Assembly: GCA_050951325.1 (NCBI GenBank)
Contig: JBMNIW010000008.1
Span: 96,266-160,265 of the forward strand
Reading direction: 5' to 3'
Source of the DNA: Clostridia bacterium
Lineage (GTDB): Bacteria > Bacillota > Clostridia > UBA1212 > DUPL01
Length of the DNA stretch: 64,000 nt
The notes below the pieces were generated by a model. That model did not search any database. It was given only the letters and a program-made list of their open reading frames with translations, and was not told where the DNA came from. Of the stretch, positions 29,797-40,535 are shown in pieces (the first letter of the stretch is position 1; every line of letters starts with the position of its first letter). Both the position numbers and the translations under genes were made by a program.

Positions 29797-31437
29797 TTAC
29801 ATGTTCAAAGGCGGCTTTACCCATGGATTGGTATTTTCAGTTGCGTAATACATATCGGATAATTCTTTCAACGCCTCCTGGATACGCTGAGATTTTTTTG
29901 GTATAAAGTCATTATGTAAAAGCTCATGATCAATAACCGCACGAAGGTATATAAGCCGCCATTTAAACGACGACCCGATCTCTTCAGTCAGCAATTCATT
30001 CCAGTTTGTTATTATTTCATATACATACTCTATACTGCCAGTATCAGCTATATCATAATGCATGACCTTTCCGTCACTGTAGCTCTGGCGGTAAAGAAAG
30101 TCTTCAGTCCGAATAATCGCATCCACCAATAACTCATCCTCACACAAAAACTCATGTTTAACATATCCTCTTACAGCATCCACTGCATTATCATATAGCC
30201 CGCTATATAACGACAAAATAACCCACTTGTTCAAGTCCTCAAAGATGCCTTCTGAATAAGGGAAACCGCCGTGAAACATTCCTTTGGTCCCCTCGTAGGT
30301 TTGCTGAAGAAACCTGGTTAATGGATTTGCTCCAAAACCTCCCCAGGGAGAACATAAATGCATGCTTATTTCAGGAAAATCAATGAATTTTACTTTTTCA
30401 AGAATTCCCGAGTTCCTAACACATTCAGGAACATCACCATAGTGGAAAAAGGACATGATATATGAAACAGAATCCAACTCATTCCTTGCAAGCAGATTGC
30501 AAAGCTCTTCCCATTCACCGTCTAAAAAATGGTCAAAAAGCCAAGTTGACAGAATAATTTCCGTCTGCGGCATAATTTCCTTAACCAGACTGCAAAAATG
30601 AGGATATATTTTCAAAAAGCCGTTAACACCCCAGGGCTCACAGTCTTTACAGGTACAACCTCCCTGATCATAAGGCCAGTATACAATGTATGACAGCTGA
30701 ATATCTGAAAAAACTTCAAGAACCTGCCTTCTGCTTCTCAAGATTTCGTCAACACCACCCTTTTTGGAAGGACATATCTCAACATTGTAGTGACCGCAGA
30801 GCTCCTGTTTGTATCTGCCCTGAACATGCCAGTTGGCACGAAGGTGTTCAGGGGAAGACGCAAAAGCTTCATTGGCTATCATGAGCATTGCCGCCTTAAT
30901 TCCAATCCTTTGTGCATAGTGCAATATTTCTTTAAGCCTGTTAATCATTTCCACAGACTCTGGCTGCTCAATCGAATTATAATGGTGCATGTCATACCAG
31001 ACAAGCAAAGTGTTGCAGCCCCTAAAAGCAAGTTCCTCAATTATATCATATATTTTTTCTATAGGTGCCTTGTGATAAAAGTTTTCAAAATGAGTTGCAA
31101 AATACATTCCACGAACAGAACTACTGGGAGTAAAATCAATTTGACCGACGAATGGAGAAAAGTCGCCCAAACCACTAAACTTGCTTTCCAAAAAGAAACG
31201 GGAAACTGCTGCATGGACTGTACAATCATTGGCTGCTTTTATCTCTGCATGCGTGTTGTATGAGTTAATAACATACCTGTCATCCTTTAAATCGGCATTG
31301 ACACAAACCTTAATTGCATATCCCTCTTCTTCAGAAAGAATGCACCTGCGTTCCGTCAAGAACCTTCGTACCGCTCTTGATAGGATACAAAAGCTTAATT
31401 CGTTCATATTTTCATTAATCAATCTTAATTTACACAT
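29797..31437 (-). CDS. hypothetical Cys-rich soluble enzyme (possibly glycoside-hydrolase-like)
   Basis: 546 aa; conserved-looking cluster GGCTCKDCEPWG and CPSKKGG; no family assigned. Confidence 0.35.
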   Translation of the reverse strand: MCKLRLINENMNELSFCILSRAVRRFLTERRCILSEEEGYAIKVCVNADLKDDRYVINSYNTHAEIKAANDCTVHAAVSRFFLESKFSGLGDFSPFVGQIDFTPSSSVRGMYFATHFENFYHKAPIEKIYDIIEELAFRGCNTLLVWYDMHHYNSIEQPESVEMINRLKEILHYAQRIGIKAAMLMIANEAFASSPEHLRANWHVQGRYKQELCGHYNVEICPSKKGGVDEILRSRRQVLEVFSDIQLSYIVYWPYDQGGCTCKDCEPWGVNGFLKIYPHFCSLVKEIMPQTEIILSTWLFDHFLDGEWEELCNLLARNELDSVSYIMSFFHYGDVPECVRNSGILEKVKFIDFPEISMHLCSPWGGFGANPLTRFLQQTYEGTKGMFHGGFPYSEGIFEDLNKWVILSLYSGLYDNAVDAVRGYVKHEFLCEDELLVDAIIRTEDFLYRQSYSDGKVMHYDIADTGSIEYVYEIITNWNELLTEEIGSSFKWRLIYLRAVIDHELLHNDFIPKKSQRIQEALKELSDMYYATENTNPWVKPPLNM

Positions 31438-31620
31438 TCCTCTCCTTGTACCCCGGTAAATTCTTGTATTTTAAAACATTATATCAATCGCAACCCAAAT
31501 TAACAACAATATCAAAACTAGCATAAAGCAAAACCCACCCCCATGTGGGAGGGTAGGTTTTTAGGGATTGATTTAAATAATTGGATAAATAACATATCCA
31601 TGAGCCTGTTTTAGATTTTC

Positions 31621-32106
31621 TTACTCATAATCCTTGTAAAACAAAGCTCTTATGTATCCTCTGTCTTCGCTGGTTGAATGGATGTAAAACCCGCAGCCAT
31701 AATAGAATCTGACCAAGGCGGTATACTTGGAAGCTGCATGCAGCATTGCCCTTTTTACTCCCTTTGACATGAGGAGTTTGTCCACCAGATTCATAAAAGA
31801 CTTGCCTATACCAATATTCTGGTACCCTCTGCAAACACCAAACCTGCTAATATATGCAGTCCTCTTCTCTTTATTAATATCCACCCGGATGCTGCCAACC
31901 GGAACTCCATCCACAAAGCAGATATAGACATACTTGTTGACAATATCGTTGTATATGTCTTCATACGTCTCTTCCAACGCTTCCATGCTTCCCTCAAGAT
32001 TTGTGTCAAGCTTGTACTTTTCAAAAGCATCAATCATTACAGACCTGATTGCATTTACATCTTCCTCTGTTGGTTTTGCCCTTCTAATTATTAACGAGTA
32101 ATCCAT
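31621..32106 (-). CDS. GNAT-family acetyltransferase translationally coupled to argF
   Basis: 161 aa; RGYQNIGIGKSF acetyl-CoA loop; start overlaps argF stop by 23 nt. Confidence 0.7.
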   Translation of the reverse strand: MDYSLIIRRAKPTEEDVNAIRSVMIDAFEKYKLDTNLEGSMEALEETYEDIYNDIVNKYVYICFVDGVPVGSIRVDINKEKRTAYISRFGVCRGYQNIGIGKSFMNLVDKLLMSKGVKRAMLHAASKYTALVRFYYGCGFYIHSTSEDRGYIRALFYKDYE

Positions 32107-33022
32107 TTCCCATCAACCTAACCATTACAGCTTTTTGTACATGCAGCCTGTTTTCAGCCTCATCAAATACTACAGACTGTTCTCCATCAATGACATCGGA
32201 AGTAACCTCGCTACCCCGGTATGCAGGCAGGCAGTGCATGAAGATCGCATCCTTCTTGCTGTATGAAAAAAGTTCATTGTTTACCTGGTAAGGCATGAAA
32301 ATCCTCTTTCTCTCTTCTTTTTCATCCTCCTGCCCCATGCTTGCCCATGTGTCAGTGTAAACCACATCAGCATCCCTGACAGCCTCAATTGCATCATTGG
32401 TGATGGTGATTACGGAACCGGATTTCTTTGCAATCTCAACAGCCTCATCGATAAATTTCTGTCCGCACTCATAACCTTTGGGTGTTGCCACAGCTATGTT
32501 CATTCCAGTTATGGCACAGCCATGCAAAAGAGAATGAGCCATGTTGTTTCCATCTCCAACGTATGCAAACTTCAGACCTTTTAAAGTTCCTTTTATCTCG
32601 TAGATTGTTTGCAGATCCGCAAGAACCTGGCAGGGATGTTCGTCATCAGTAAGCCCATTAATAACTGGGATGGAGCCAAACCTTGCCAGTTCTTCCACAT
32701 CTGACTGTTTGAATGTCCTGATCATAATACCATCAAGATATCTTGAAAGAACTTTTGCAGTATCTTCAATGGTTTCTCCCCTGCCTATCTGGATGTCGTT
32801 CTGACTTAAAAACAAAGCATACCCACCGAGCTGATACATTCCAACCTCAAAGGAAACCCTTGTTCTTGTAGAAGACTTTGAAAAAATCATTCCCAAAGTC
32901 TTTCCCTTTAGGTAGTGGTGGGTCCTGCCTTCCTTGTTATCCTTCTTCAACTTTATTGCCAAATCAATAATATCCAGTATCTCTTCCTGAGTTAAATCCT
33001 TCAAACTAAGCAAATGTTTCAT
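32084..33022 (-). CDS. argF: ornithine carbamoyltransferase
   Basis: STRTRVSFE carbamoyl-phosphate motif, HCLP, ~312 aa; ATG 33022 with GAAGGTG RBS. Confidence 0.9.
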   Translation of the reverse strand: MKHLLSLKDLTQEEILDIIDLAIKLKKDNKEGRTHHYLKGKTLGMIFSKSSTRTRVSFEVGMYQLGGYALFLSQNDIQIGRGETIEDTAKVLSRYLDGIMIRTFKQSDVEELARFGSIPVINGLTDDEHPCQVLADLQTIYEIKGTLKGLKFAYVGDGNNMAHSLLHGCAITGMNIAVATPKGYECGQKFIDEAVEIAKKSGSVITITNDAIEAVRDADVVYTDTWASMGQEDEKEERKRIFMPYQVNNELFSYSKKDAIFMHCLPAYRGSEVTSDVIDGEQSVVFDEAENRLHVQKAVMVRLMGNGLLVNN

Positions 33023-33041
33023 AGCGCACCTTCTTTGCAAA

Positions 33042-34226
33042 TTAATTCAGAACATTGTAAAGCGTATCCACAAAACCATCCACATCACTTTCAGTGATAA
33101 TAAGTGGAGGAAGGATTCTTAATGCATTTGCGCCTACACTTCCTATCAAGTAACCCTTCTCAAACATTTTGTTCTTTACATCGGCAGCAATAGGTTCCTT
33201 GAACTCTATAGCAAACATAAGACCAACATTTCGGATTTCCGAAATACAGTCAAGATTCAATCCTTCAATTTTATCTCTAAGGTATTTGCCCATTTCTTCA
33301 GCCTTCCTGGGCATGTCTTCTTCAATTATTGTACTTAACGAGGCCAACGCCGCAGCACAGGCAAGAGGATTTCCTCCAAAAGTGGTTCCATGATCTCCAG
33401 GCTGAAAACCTTTTGCAGCTTCTTCTTTTGCGCAAATAGCACCAATTGGAAAACCATTACCCAACGCTTTTGCAAGAGTAAATATATCGGGTTCAATACC
33501 TACTGTTTCATATGCAAACAGTTTGCCTGTTCTACCTATACCGGTTTGAACTTCGTCAATTATCAAGAAGATTCCGTGTTTGTCGCAAAGCTCTCTTGCA
33601 AATTGTGCATATTCTTTTGTAATGGGATGAACACCACTTTCTCCCTGAACAACTTCCAGCAAAATTGCGCAGGTATTTTCATTCACAGCATTCTCCAATG
33701 CTTCCATATCATTAATTGGTACATGTTTGAAACCTGGAGTAAGGGGTGTGTAAGGTTCTTTGTATTTGTCCTGACCGGTTGCTGTTGCAGTGGTCAATGT
33801 ACGGCCGTGAAATGACTTGTCAAGGCAGACAAACTCATACTTTTGCGGCATTCCTTTTTTCTTAAAGTATGCTCTTGCCAGCTTTATTGCACCTTCATTG
33901 GCTTCTGCTCCCGAGTTGGTAAAAAACACTCTGTCACACACTGAGTTTTTGCATATCATTTGAGCCAAAAGAGCCTGATTTTTAATGTAATAGAGGTTTG
34001 AACAGTGCATGAGTTTTTTCACCTGTTCACATACTGCATTTACTACCTTGGGATGACAGTGTCCAAGAGAGTTTACTGCAATGCCGGAAAAAAAGTCCAC
34101 ATATTTTTTACCAGAAACATCATAGAGGTATATTCCTTCTCCCCTCTCAAAGCACACTTTCGTCCTGCCACCAAATGTGTTCATATAATATTTTTTGTCA
34201 AGTTCAATAATATTCTCAAGAGTCAT
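33042..34226 (-). CDS. argD: acetylornithine aminotransferase (class III PLP)
   Basis: 394 aa; PLP-lysine region LIIDEVQTGIGRTGK…. Confidence 0.9.
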   Translation of the reverse strand: MTLENIIELDKKYYMNTFGGRTKVCFERGEGIYLYDVSGKKYVDFFSGIAVNSLGHCHPKVVNAVCEQVKKLMHCSNLYYIKNQALLAQMICKNSVCDRVFFTNSGAEANEGAIKLARAYFKKKGMPQKYEFVCLDKSFHGRTLTTATATGQDKYKEPYTPLTPGFKHVPINDMEALENAVNENTCAILLEVVQGESGVHPITKEYAQFARELCDKHGIFLIIDEVQTGIGRTGKLFAYETVGIEPDIFTLAKALGNGFPIGAICAKEEAAKGFQPGDHGTTFGGNPLACAAALASLSTIIEEDMPRKAEEMGKYLRDKIEGLNLDCISEIRNVGLMFAIEFKEPIAADVKNKMFEKGYLIGSVGANALRILPPLIITESDVDGFVDTLYNVLN

Positions 34227-34237
34227 GAAACCACCTT

Positions 34238-35140
34238 CTATTCATTAATAATCATTGTTCCGATACCCTTGTGGGTGAATATCTCAAGCAAGAGGCAGTG
34301 AGGTATTCTTCCATCAATGATATGTGTTGCCAAAACTCCGTTTCTGATGGCTTCAACACAACCCAGTACCTTTGGAATCATTCCGCTGGTTATAATTCCT
34401 TCATCTATAAGTTGATACACTTCTTCAACAGTCAAAAACTCCAGAAGCTCATTTGTCCTGCTGTTTATTACACCTTCCGTATCGGTAAGAAGAATGAGTT
34501 TCTCAGCCTTCATGGCAATTGCCACCTCACTGGCTACAGTATCCGCATTGATATTGTAGCTGTGACCGTCAGGTCCTATCCCAATAGGAGCAATGACAGG
34601 AATGTATTCATCAGACGCAAGAAGTTCAATCATTTCAGTGTTTACCTTGGTTATCTCGCCAACGTAACCAATGTCTGTTTGTACGCCGTTTACAGTCTCA
34701 AAGTGTTTTCTGCATTCTATCAAACGACCGTCAAGGCCACTCAAACCTGCAGCCTTTCCACCCTTTTCATTAATGTTTTTGACAATCTCCTTGTTGGTCT
34801 TGCCCACCAGCACCATTTGTGCCACATCCATTGTAAAGCTGTCAGTGACACGCAAACCGTTTACAAACTCGCTCTTTACATCAAACTTCTTCAAGGTGCT
34901 GCTTATGTCAGGACCTCCACCATGAACAATAATTGGTTTCATGCCAATATACTTTAGAAGAACTATATCCTGCATTACAAGATTCTTAAGTTCCTCGTTG
35001 ACCATGGCATTGCCACCGTATTTTACAACCACGGACTTGCCATAAAACTTCTGTATGTATGGCAGTGCTTCAACAAGTACTTCCGCTTTTTTTATAAACT
35101 CATCATATTTTACTGTATTTGGTTCACTCAATTTAAACAC
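34238..35140 (-). CDS. argB: acetylglutamate kinase
   Basis: 300 aa amino-acid kinase family (VVKYGGNAM…HGGGP). Confidence 0.9.
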   Translation of the reverse strand: MFKLSEPNTVKYDEFIKKAEVLVEALPYIQKFYGKSVVVKYGGNAMVNEELKNLVMQDIVLLKYIGMKPIIVHGGGPDISSTLKKFDVKSEFVNGLRVTDSFTMDVAQMVLVGKTNKEIVKNINEKGGKAAGLSGLDGRLIECRKHFETVNGVQTDIGYVGEITKVNTEMIELLASDEYIPVIAPIGIGPDGHSYNINADTVASEVAIAMKAEKLILLTDTEGVINSRTNELLEFLTVEEVYQLIDEGIITSGMIPKVLGCVEAIRNGVLATHIIDGRIPHCLLLEIFTHKGIGTMIINE

Positions 35141-35146
35141 TCCTTA

Positions 35147-36097
35147 TCACAGACACTTATACGCCGGCTCAATACCATTAAATCTTGGCAAACCAAGCAT
35201 TAAATTCATGTTTTCTACCGCCTGGGATGCGGCACCTTTACCCAAGTTATCAACCAGAGAGTTGATATATGCATGACCGTCATCCACTCTAACCTTTACA
35301 ACAAGTCTGTTGGTGTTATTGATATCCTTTGTGCCATACGACTTTTCAGCCGTATCTCTAACTACAAACACCAAATCCTCTTCTTCATACGCACTCCTTA
35401 TTCTATCTTCAAGAACCTTTACTGCTTCTTCTTCTGACAATGAAGCAAGGTCATCATTCAATCTCACTCTAATATTGGTGTTAATACCTCTAAAAACGCT
35501 TCTAAGTACAATTGGTGTGAAATTTACAGAAACTCCAGAATATCGTCGCATCTCAGGGACATGCTTGTGTCTTCGTCCAAAGGAGTAAGTAATATCATTA
35601 GATTCGTCCTCAACAGTTCGTCTTGCACCTGAGTTTCCTGATGTTGAAACAACAGTTGCCTCTCCAACTATTAGGTCCTGTATTGGGTGTAATGGAAGAA
35701 TTACGCTGGTTGGATAACAACCCGGGTTTGCAACCAGATTAGCATCCTTTATTCTCTCTTTGAATAGAGCAGGCATTCCATAAACAGCCTCTTCCAACAA
35801 CTCAGGTTTCGCATGCTCCATGCCATACCACTTTTCAAACTCCTCTACACTAAGTCTGAAAGCACCACTCATATCAATAACCCTGAGTCCCAAACTTCTC
35901 ATTTCCTCAGCATTCATCATGCTTTCCTTGTCTCTGGTTGCCAGGAATACGACGTCGCAGTCTTTTGCATTTCCAATTCTTTCGCTGGAATTCATTCTGA
36001 ATGCGATTTTTAACTCCTTGTTGTTCTCCTGTTCAATTATCCTCGTCAATTCCTGACCGACCATTCCTGTAAATCCTACAATTCCAACGTAATACAT
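35147..36097 (-). CDS. argC: N-acetyl-gamma-glutamyl-phosphate reductase
   Basis: 316 aa; NAD-binding GFTGMVGQEL and catalytic Cys in LVANPGCYPT. Confidence 0.85.
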   Translation of the reverse strand: MYYVGIVGFTGMVGQELTRIIEQENNKELKIAFRMNSSERIGNAKDCDVVFLATRDKESMMNAEEMRSLGLRVIDMSGAFRLSVEEFEKWYGMEHAKPELLEEAVYGMPALFKERIKDANLVANPGCYPTSVILPLHPIQDLIVGEATVVSTSGNSGARRTVEDESNDITYSFGRRHKHVPEMRRYSGVSVNFTPIVLRSVFRGINTNIRVRLNDDLASLSEEEAVKVLEDRIRSAYEEEDLVFVVRDTAEKSYGTKDINNTNRLVVKVRVDDGHAYINSLVDNLGKGAASQAVENMNLMLGLPRFNGIEPAYKCL

Positions 36098-36279
36098 AGA
36101 AATCCTCCAATAAAAAATATAACTAACCCAAGTTTTACTTTACTTAGGTGAATTATCATATTATTATACATATGTCAGTTACAATATGCAACAAATACAA
36201 GAAAAGAAAAAGTATACAGTTCTGTAAACTTTCTGAGAATAAATAACAAATGGCTCAAGCATCCGTATATAAGAAAAGA

Positions 36280-36969
36280 TCAGCCCTTTTTCAAAAACTC
36301 TTCTTTCATTCCATCCATTCTTTTCTTAACAAAAACCATTGCCAAAACACATATTAGAATCGAGATCAAGGAAAGAACCAAAAATGAAGTAAATACCATC
36401 ATACTGCTTTTACTTAATGCAATAAAAGCAATAATCATAAAAAGCAATACAACATCAAAGCATACGGCTATACTTGAACATCTAAAATCTGTATAGCACC
36501 TCATAAAATCATGCACATTCTGTGCAACCTCGTACCTTTCGATGTTCATAAGACTTGGAAACTGAAGGCTTGGTTTTACCCATGCTTTCTGCTTTTTGTC
36601 ATACTCAGCCTTCTGGTACACAAAGCCAATCTCCGTATCCCCATCTAAATCCACAGCTATTTTCTGAGAAACAAGGTACGGATTTAGTTTCTTCAGCAGT
36701 TTCGCATCTCCAAAGGAAGAAAAAATTTTTATTAACCCAATAACAGGAAGAAGCAGTATATTCAATATCTTCTTAAACTTTGTCAATTCTTCCTCCTTGG
36801 GAATCTGAACAATCTCCAGTTCAAAGGTGCCCTTTTTTTCAAACTTGAAAGACGCCTTTGGATTATTCTCTGTAACAACCTTGGTTTTACCCATAAAATT
36901 CACATTGAATCCAACCGGTGCTGCACCATCATATTTCATTACTACATCAAGTACCACGACAATTACCAC
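36280..36969 (-). CDS. hypothetical membrane protein (soluble N-domain, 2 C-terminal TM)
   Basis: 229 aa; last gene of AmmeMemoRadiSam-containing operon. Confidence 0.35.
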   Translation of the reverse strand: MVIVVVLDVVMKYDGAAPVGFNVNFMGKTKVVTENNPKASFKFEKKGTFELEIVQIPKEEELTKFKKILNILLLPVIGLIKIFSSFGDAKLLKKLNPYLVSQKIAVDLDGDTEIGFVYQKAEYDKKQKAWVKPSLQFPSLMNIERYEVAQNVHDFMRCYTDFRCSSIAVCFDVVLLFMIIAFIALSKSSMMVFTSFLVLSLISILICVLAMVFVKKRMDGMKEEFLKKG

Positions 36970-36991
36970 CTTTCCTGGATTTGCTAATCTT

Positions 36992-38305
36992 TTATGTCAC
37001 ATAATGTTTATTGAATATTGCCCTCATCTCATCAACTTTTCCTGCTGCTATGATATAGCTGTATTCAAAAGGTTCAAAAGATTTAAGCTCAAAGGTTCTC
37101 AAGGGAGCAACATAGCTGGTTGATGGAGCGTAAGAGCTCTTGCTCCTGTCCGCCATATAAATGCCTGCAAGCAATATTTCCGTATCGGCAGCATAAAGAC
37201 CTATACCGTAGTGATCTTTATCAACCCATGCACACCATACTTCTGTATTACCTTCCTTGACTCTGAAATATGCATCCTTGTTGTTAGCCCAGAAAGGTAG
37301 ATTTTCTTTGTATGTCAGCGCATCGTTTGTCCAAGGATTGTTTCCATTGTAAAAGACAAAGGTGTCAAGATAACTGATTACATAGAACGCAGGCATTTCC
37401 TGATGTCTTGGCTTTGCCTTGTATCCTGAGAAGTCAACAAACCTGTTGGATACCTTTATACATTCTTTTTCAATGGAATACTCATTTTCCATATAACATA
37501 TTGTATACTCTGCCTGCTTTGCCCAGTCCCTGGGTCTGCATTTTATGTATATTCTGTCTTCTTCAATCTTGAAATCAACTATCTTGCTCTCATTGCCATA
37601 CATGTCTCCTCCCTGAACCGGATTGTATGGCCAGCGCGCTCCATTGTACGTTCCTGGTTCATATGGTTTTTCTCCTGTTCCGTAATATGCCTGCTGAACC
37701 AGCCTGCCTGTGTCATGCCTGTTTAGAAGATTCGTTATTGACTCATCCTTGTTCTTTTTGTCTTCAATATAATTAAGACTTCCACCCCAAAGCAAATCAA
37801 CACCAACCTTGTAGCGACTGTTCTCAATAAATACGGTGGTTTTAGGTACCTTTACCTTTAATATTTCGACATTCTTCAACTTAAACTCGCAAGATACGTC
37901 CTTTAAGACTGTCAAAGTTATCTTTTTTATACTCTTAGCCGTTTTCCCCGCAAAGAATCCGTCAATCAAGGATGAGAAAGCCATATCCTTGCCAGGTTCA
38001 AGAAAAAAAACTTCTTCGTATTCCTTATTCAACATATACGTTACTTTTCCTTTTATGTACCCTGTGGAATCGTAATATATACTGAACTTGTTAAACTCCA
38101 TTTCCTTGTCAAGCAGAATCTCAAAATTATCTTTAATTGTGTATACACCATCTTTATAAGTCACGTAATTTCTAAACTGCATAACTTTGACCATACTCCT
38201 CCCCAATACATCCTTGTCACCCATATCACAAAAAACCAAAACAAAACACAATGGTATCAACATTAGGCTCAGATATCTCAATCTCCACACTCCCAAACTC
38301 AACAA
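36992..38305 (-). CDS. hypothetical secreted/envelope protein
   Basis: 437 aa; N-terminal hydrophobic signal-like segment; start overlaps radical SAM gene stop by 7 nt (coupled). Confidence 0.35.
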   Translation of the reverse strand: MLSLGVWRLRYLSLMLIPLCFVLVFCDMGDKDVLGRSMVKVMQFRNYVTYKDGVYTIKDNFEILLDKEMEFNKFSIYYDSTGYIKGKVTYMLNKEYEEVFFLEPGKDMAFSSLIDGFFAGKTAKSIKKITLTVLKDVSCEFKLKNVEILKVKVPKTTVFIENSRYKVGVDLLWGGSLNYIEDKKNKDESITNLLNRHDTGRLVQQAYYGTGEKPYEPGTYNGARWPYNPVQGGDMYGNESKIVDFKIEEDRIYIKCRPRDWAKQAEYTICYMENEYSIEKECIKVSNRFVDFSGYKAKPRHQEMPAFYVISYLDTFVFYNGNNPWTNDALTYKENLPFWANNKDAYFRVKEGNTEVWCAWVDKDHYGIGLYAADTEILLAGIYMADRSKSSYAPSTSYVAPLRTFELKSFEPFEYSYIIAAGKVDEMRAIFNKHYVT

Positions 38306-39129
38306 TTCCCCTCATAAACGTAATTCAAATGCTTCCTTGCCAGTTTTGCAAGCTTGTACACGTCTTCAACAGGAGTAGGATTCTTGTCAAGAAGCTGATA
38401 CCTGGGAAAGAATCTTGATACGTGAAGAGGAATATTTTTATCAATTTCACTCAACCAGGAAGCAAGCTCTTCCATTTCCTCCTCACTGTCATTCTCCCCC
38501 GGTATTATCAAAGTCGTAACTTCCACATGAGAATATTGGGCTGCAATCTTTATGGTGTTCTTGACAGTTTCCAAATCTCCTTTGACTTTCCTATAGAATT
38601 CATTAGAAAAAGCCTTCAGGTCAATGTTGAAAGCATCGATGTATTCAATAATGTCCAGCAAAGGCTCTTCATTGATATATCCATTCGTTACAACACAGTT
38701 GTAAAGACCTTTATCTTTTACAAGTCTTGCACAGTCCCTTACATACTCATATCCCACCAAAGGTTCGTTGTAGGTAAATGCAATACCGATATTGCCCATG
38801 GCAACTGTATCAACCGCATAGGATAAGAGACTTTCAGGCTCAATGTATTCAAACCTGGCAAGCTCCTTATCACTCATGGATATGGAGTGATTCTGACAGT
38901 GACTACACCTTAGATTACAGCCAAAACTGCCTACTGACAATATCTTTGCTCCGGGATGAAACTGGTACAAAGGTTTTTTCTCTATAGGGTCTAAAGCAAG
39001 TGATGTGACACAGCCATAGTTGATGCTGGTTACCACACCATCCACATTGCCTCTTGCATTACAAAACCCAATCCCGCCTTCCTTTATGGTGCACTGTCTT
39101 GGACATATGTTACAAGTCGCCAACCTCAT
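38299..39129 (-). CDS. AmmeMemoRadiSam system radical SAM enzyme (PFL-activase-like)
   Basis: CNLRCSHC (CX3CX2C) SAM-cluster motif, DPIEKKPLYQFHPG block, 276 aa; overlaps upstream fused A/B gene. Confidence 0.7.
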   Translation of the reverse strand: MRLATCNICPRQCTIKEGGIGFCNARGNVDGVVTSINYGCVTSLALDPIEKKPLYQFHPGAKILSVGSFGCNLRCSHCQNHSISMSDKELARFEYIEPESLLSYAVDTVAMGNIGIAFTYNEPLVGYEYVRDCARLVKDKGLYNCVVTNGYINEEPLLDIIEYIDAFNIDLKAFSNEFYRKVKGDLETVKNTIKIAAQYSHVEVTTLIIPGENDSEEEMEELASWLSEIDKNIPLHVSRFFPRYQLLDKNPTPVEDVYKLAKLARKHLNYVYEGNC

Positions 39130-40507
39130 GCCTTACAACCTCAAACCTTTCTATTGTGTAGTCCTCATGGGAACCAATACCTGCTTTTCCAAGCGCAATT
39201 TCAAGCTGCTCCTCCACAGTGTCAACTCCGTCGAGATTTGGAAGCAACAGTCCCCTTCTGTATCCCTTTGTAACTATAACGCCATACTTATTAGGGTCCA
39301 GTTCAAGTTTGGATTGAACCTTCTCCACTTTTCCAAGAACATCAACACTGTAAGTTATATATGGGAGCTCCTCTTCAGTAACAGGGTCAAACCTTGGATC
39401 TTTAGAACATGCACTTATCGCATTCCTAATAATCTCCTCAGCGATATTTCTACACACAGGTTCAATAGTACCAATACATCCTCTCAGCTTCCCATTGATT
39501 TTAAGGGTGACAAAAGTCCCTGCTCTTCTTTCAAGAAGTTCTTTACTCAAATCATCAGGCATTTCCAAAACCTTTTTGGTTCTTGTGTAAAGCTCTATTG
39601 ATTTTCTAGCTAAAGATATATACGCGTCCTCTTTGCCCCTTGCTTTTTTCATTTTCTCTTCCATCTCATCCAGTGCTCTTTTGGCAAAATCACGCACATC
39701 ATCACTGCCTGCAGCCTCGTAAGCACAGACTGCATAACCAACACCAAAAGGTCCTTCGTACGACATAAAAGCAGGCTTTACGTTCCTTTTATCGAAGCAA
39801 CCTGCCAGGATGTTAAAGGACTGCAGACCGCACTGGGCAGCTCTTTCACATCTTTCTTCGTTTATGGTAAGGAGCTTAAGAAAATCAGCTTTCCTCATCG
39901 CATCAGTGATGTCCTTGTCAAATTTGGGACCTTCCTCGTCATAGCCATATGGACCGGATGCCACAAGTTTATGTGACAAATCACCACTGGCAACAAAAAC
40001 GCAATTTCTTCCCAGCTTTGAAACTGCTCTATTTATGCTTTTCCCAAGGTTGTAATGGGTTATTGAAGACAAACCGGATATGGAGATCCTGACAAGCTTG
40101 TAATTGGTATAGTGTTTGTTTATGAAATACAAAGGAACCATTGCACCGTGGTCAAGCTCTTTGTTCCTTTCACCCAACGTACCTGCAGGGATGTCCTCTT
40201 CAAAGGCAAAATCTGAAATTGCCTTTACAAGCTCCTCATCATACTCAACTTTGAAGAAAACATCTCTTACACCAAAATTTGAAAAACTCCCCGCCGCACT
40301 CTTTCCCGGAGAAATGTGAATATAGTCGGAGTAAACCGTTGAATGAGGTGTTGAAATGATTATGGTTTCAGGCTGGATTTCTTTTATCATCCTTGCCACA
40401 CTCATGAATGCATCAATCGTATTCTGAATTTCCCTTTCTCTTCCCTTCCCTACCTCATGTATTGCAATTGGTGGATGGGGTACAATAAAACCGTAGTTTA
40501 TAGCCAT
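39110..40507 (-). CDS. fusion protein: LigB/Memo-like (AmmeMemoRadiSam protein B) N-domain + AMMECR1 (protein A) C-domain
   Basis: N-term GFIVPHPP… extradiol-dioxygenase class III/Memo fold; C-term LRGCIGTIEP AMMECR1 signature. Confidence 0.7.
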   Translation of the reverse strand: MAINYGFIVPHPPIAIHEVGKGREREIQNTIDAFMSVARMIKEIQPETIIISTPHSTVYSDYIHISPGKSAAGSFSNFGVRDVFFKVEYDEELVKAISDFAFEEDIPAGTLGERNKELDHGAMVPLYFINKHYTNYKLVRISISGLSSITHYNLGKSINRAVSKLGRNCVFVASGDLSHKLVASGPYGYDEEGPKFDKDITDAMRKADFLKLLTINEERCERAAQCGLQSFNILAGCFDKRNVKPAFMSYEGPFGVGYAVCAYEAAGSDDVRDFAKRALDEMEEKMKKARGKEDAYISLARKSIELYTRTKKVLEMPDDLSKELLERRAGTFVTLKINGKLRGCIGTIEPVCRNIAEEIIRNAISACSKDPRFDPVTEEELPYITYSVDVLGKVEKVQSKLELDPNKYGVIVTKGYRRGLLLPNLDGVDTVEEQLEIALGKAGIGSHEDYTIERFEVVRHEVGDL

Positions 40508-40535
40508 AAACTCACCTCTTTACCTTACTACCCCT

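Noticed and set aside
33390-34957. Plus-strand ORFs (141, 98, 228 aa) across argD/argB
   Set aside because: Antisense to highly conserved arginine biosynthesis genes. Cys/Phe-rich nonsense translations.
36098-36280. Candidate ARG box (GTGAATTATCATATTATTATACA) upstream of argC
   Set aside because: Only one half-site resembles the TGAAT…ATTCA consensus. Too weak to call without a position weight matrix scan.
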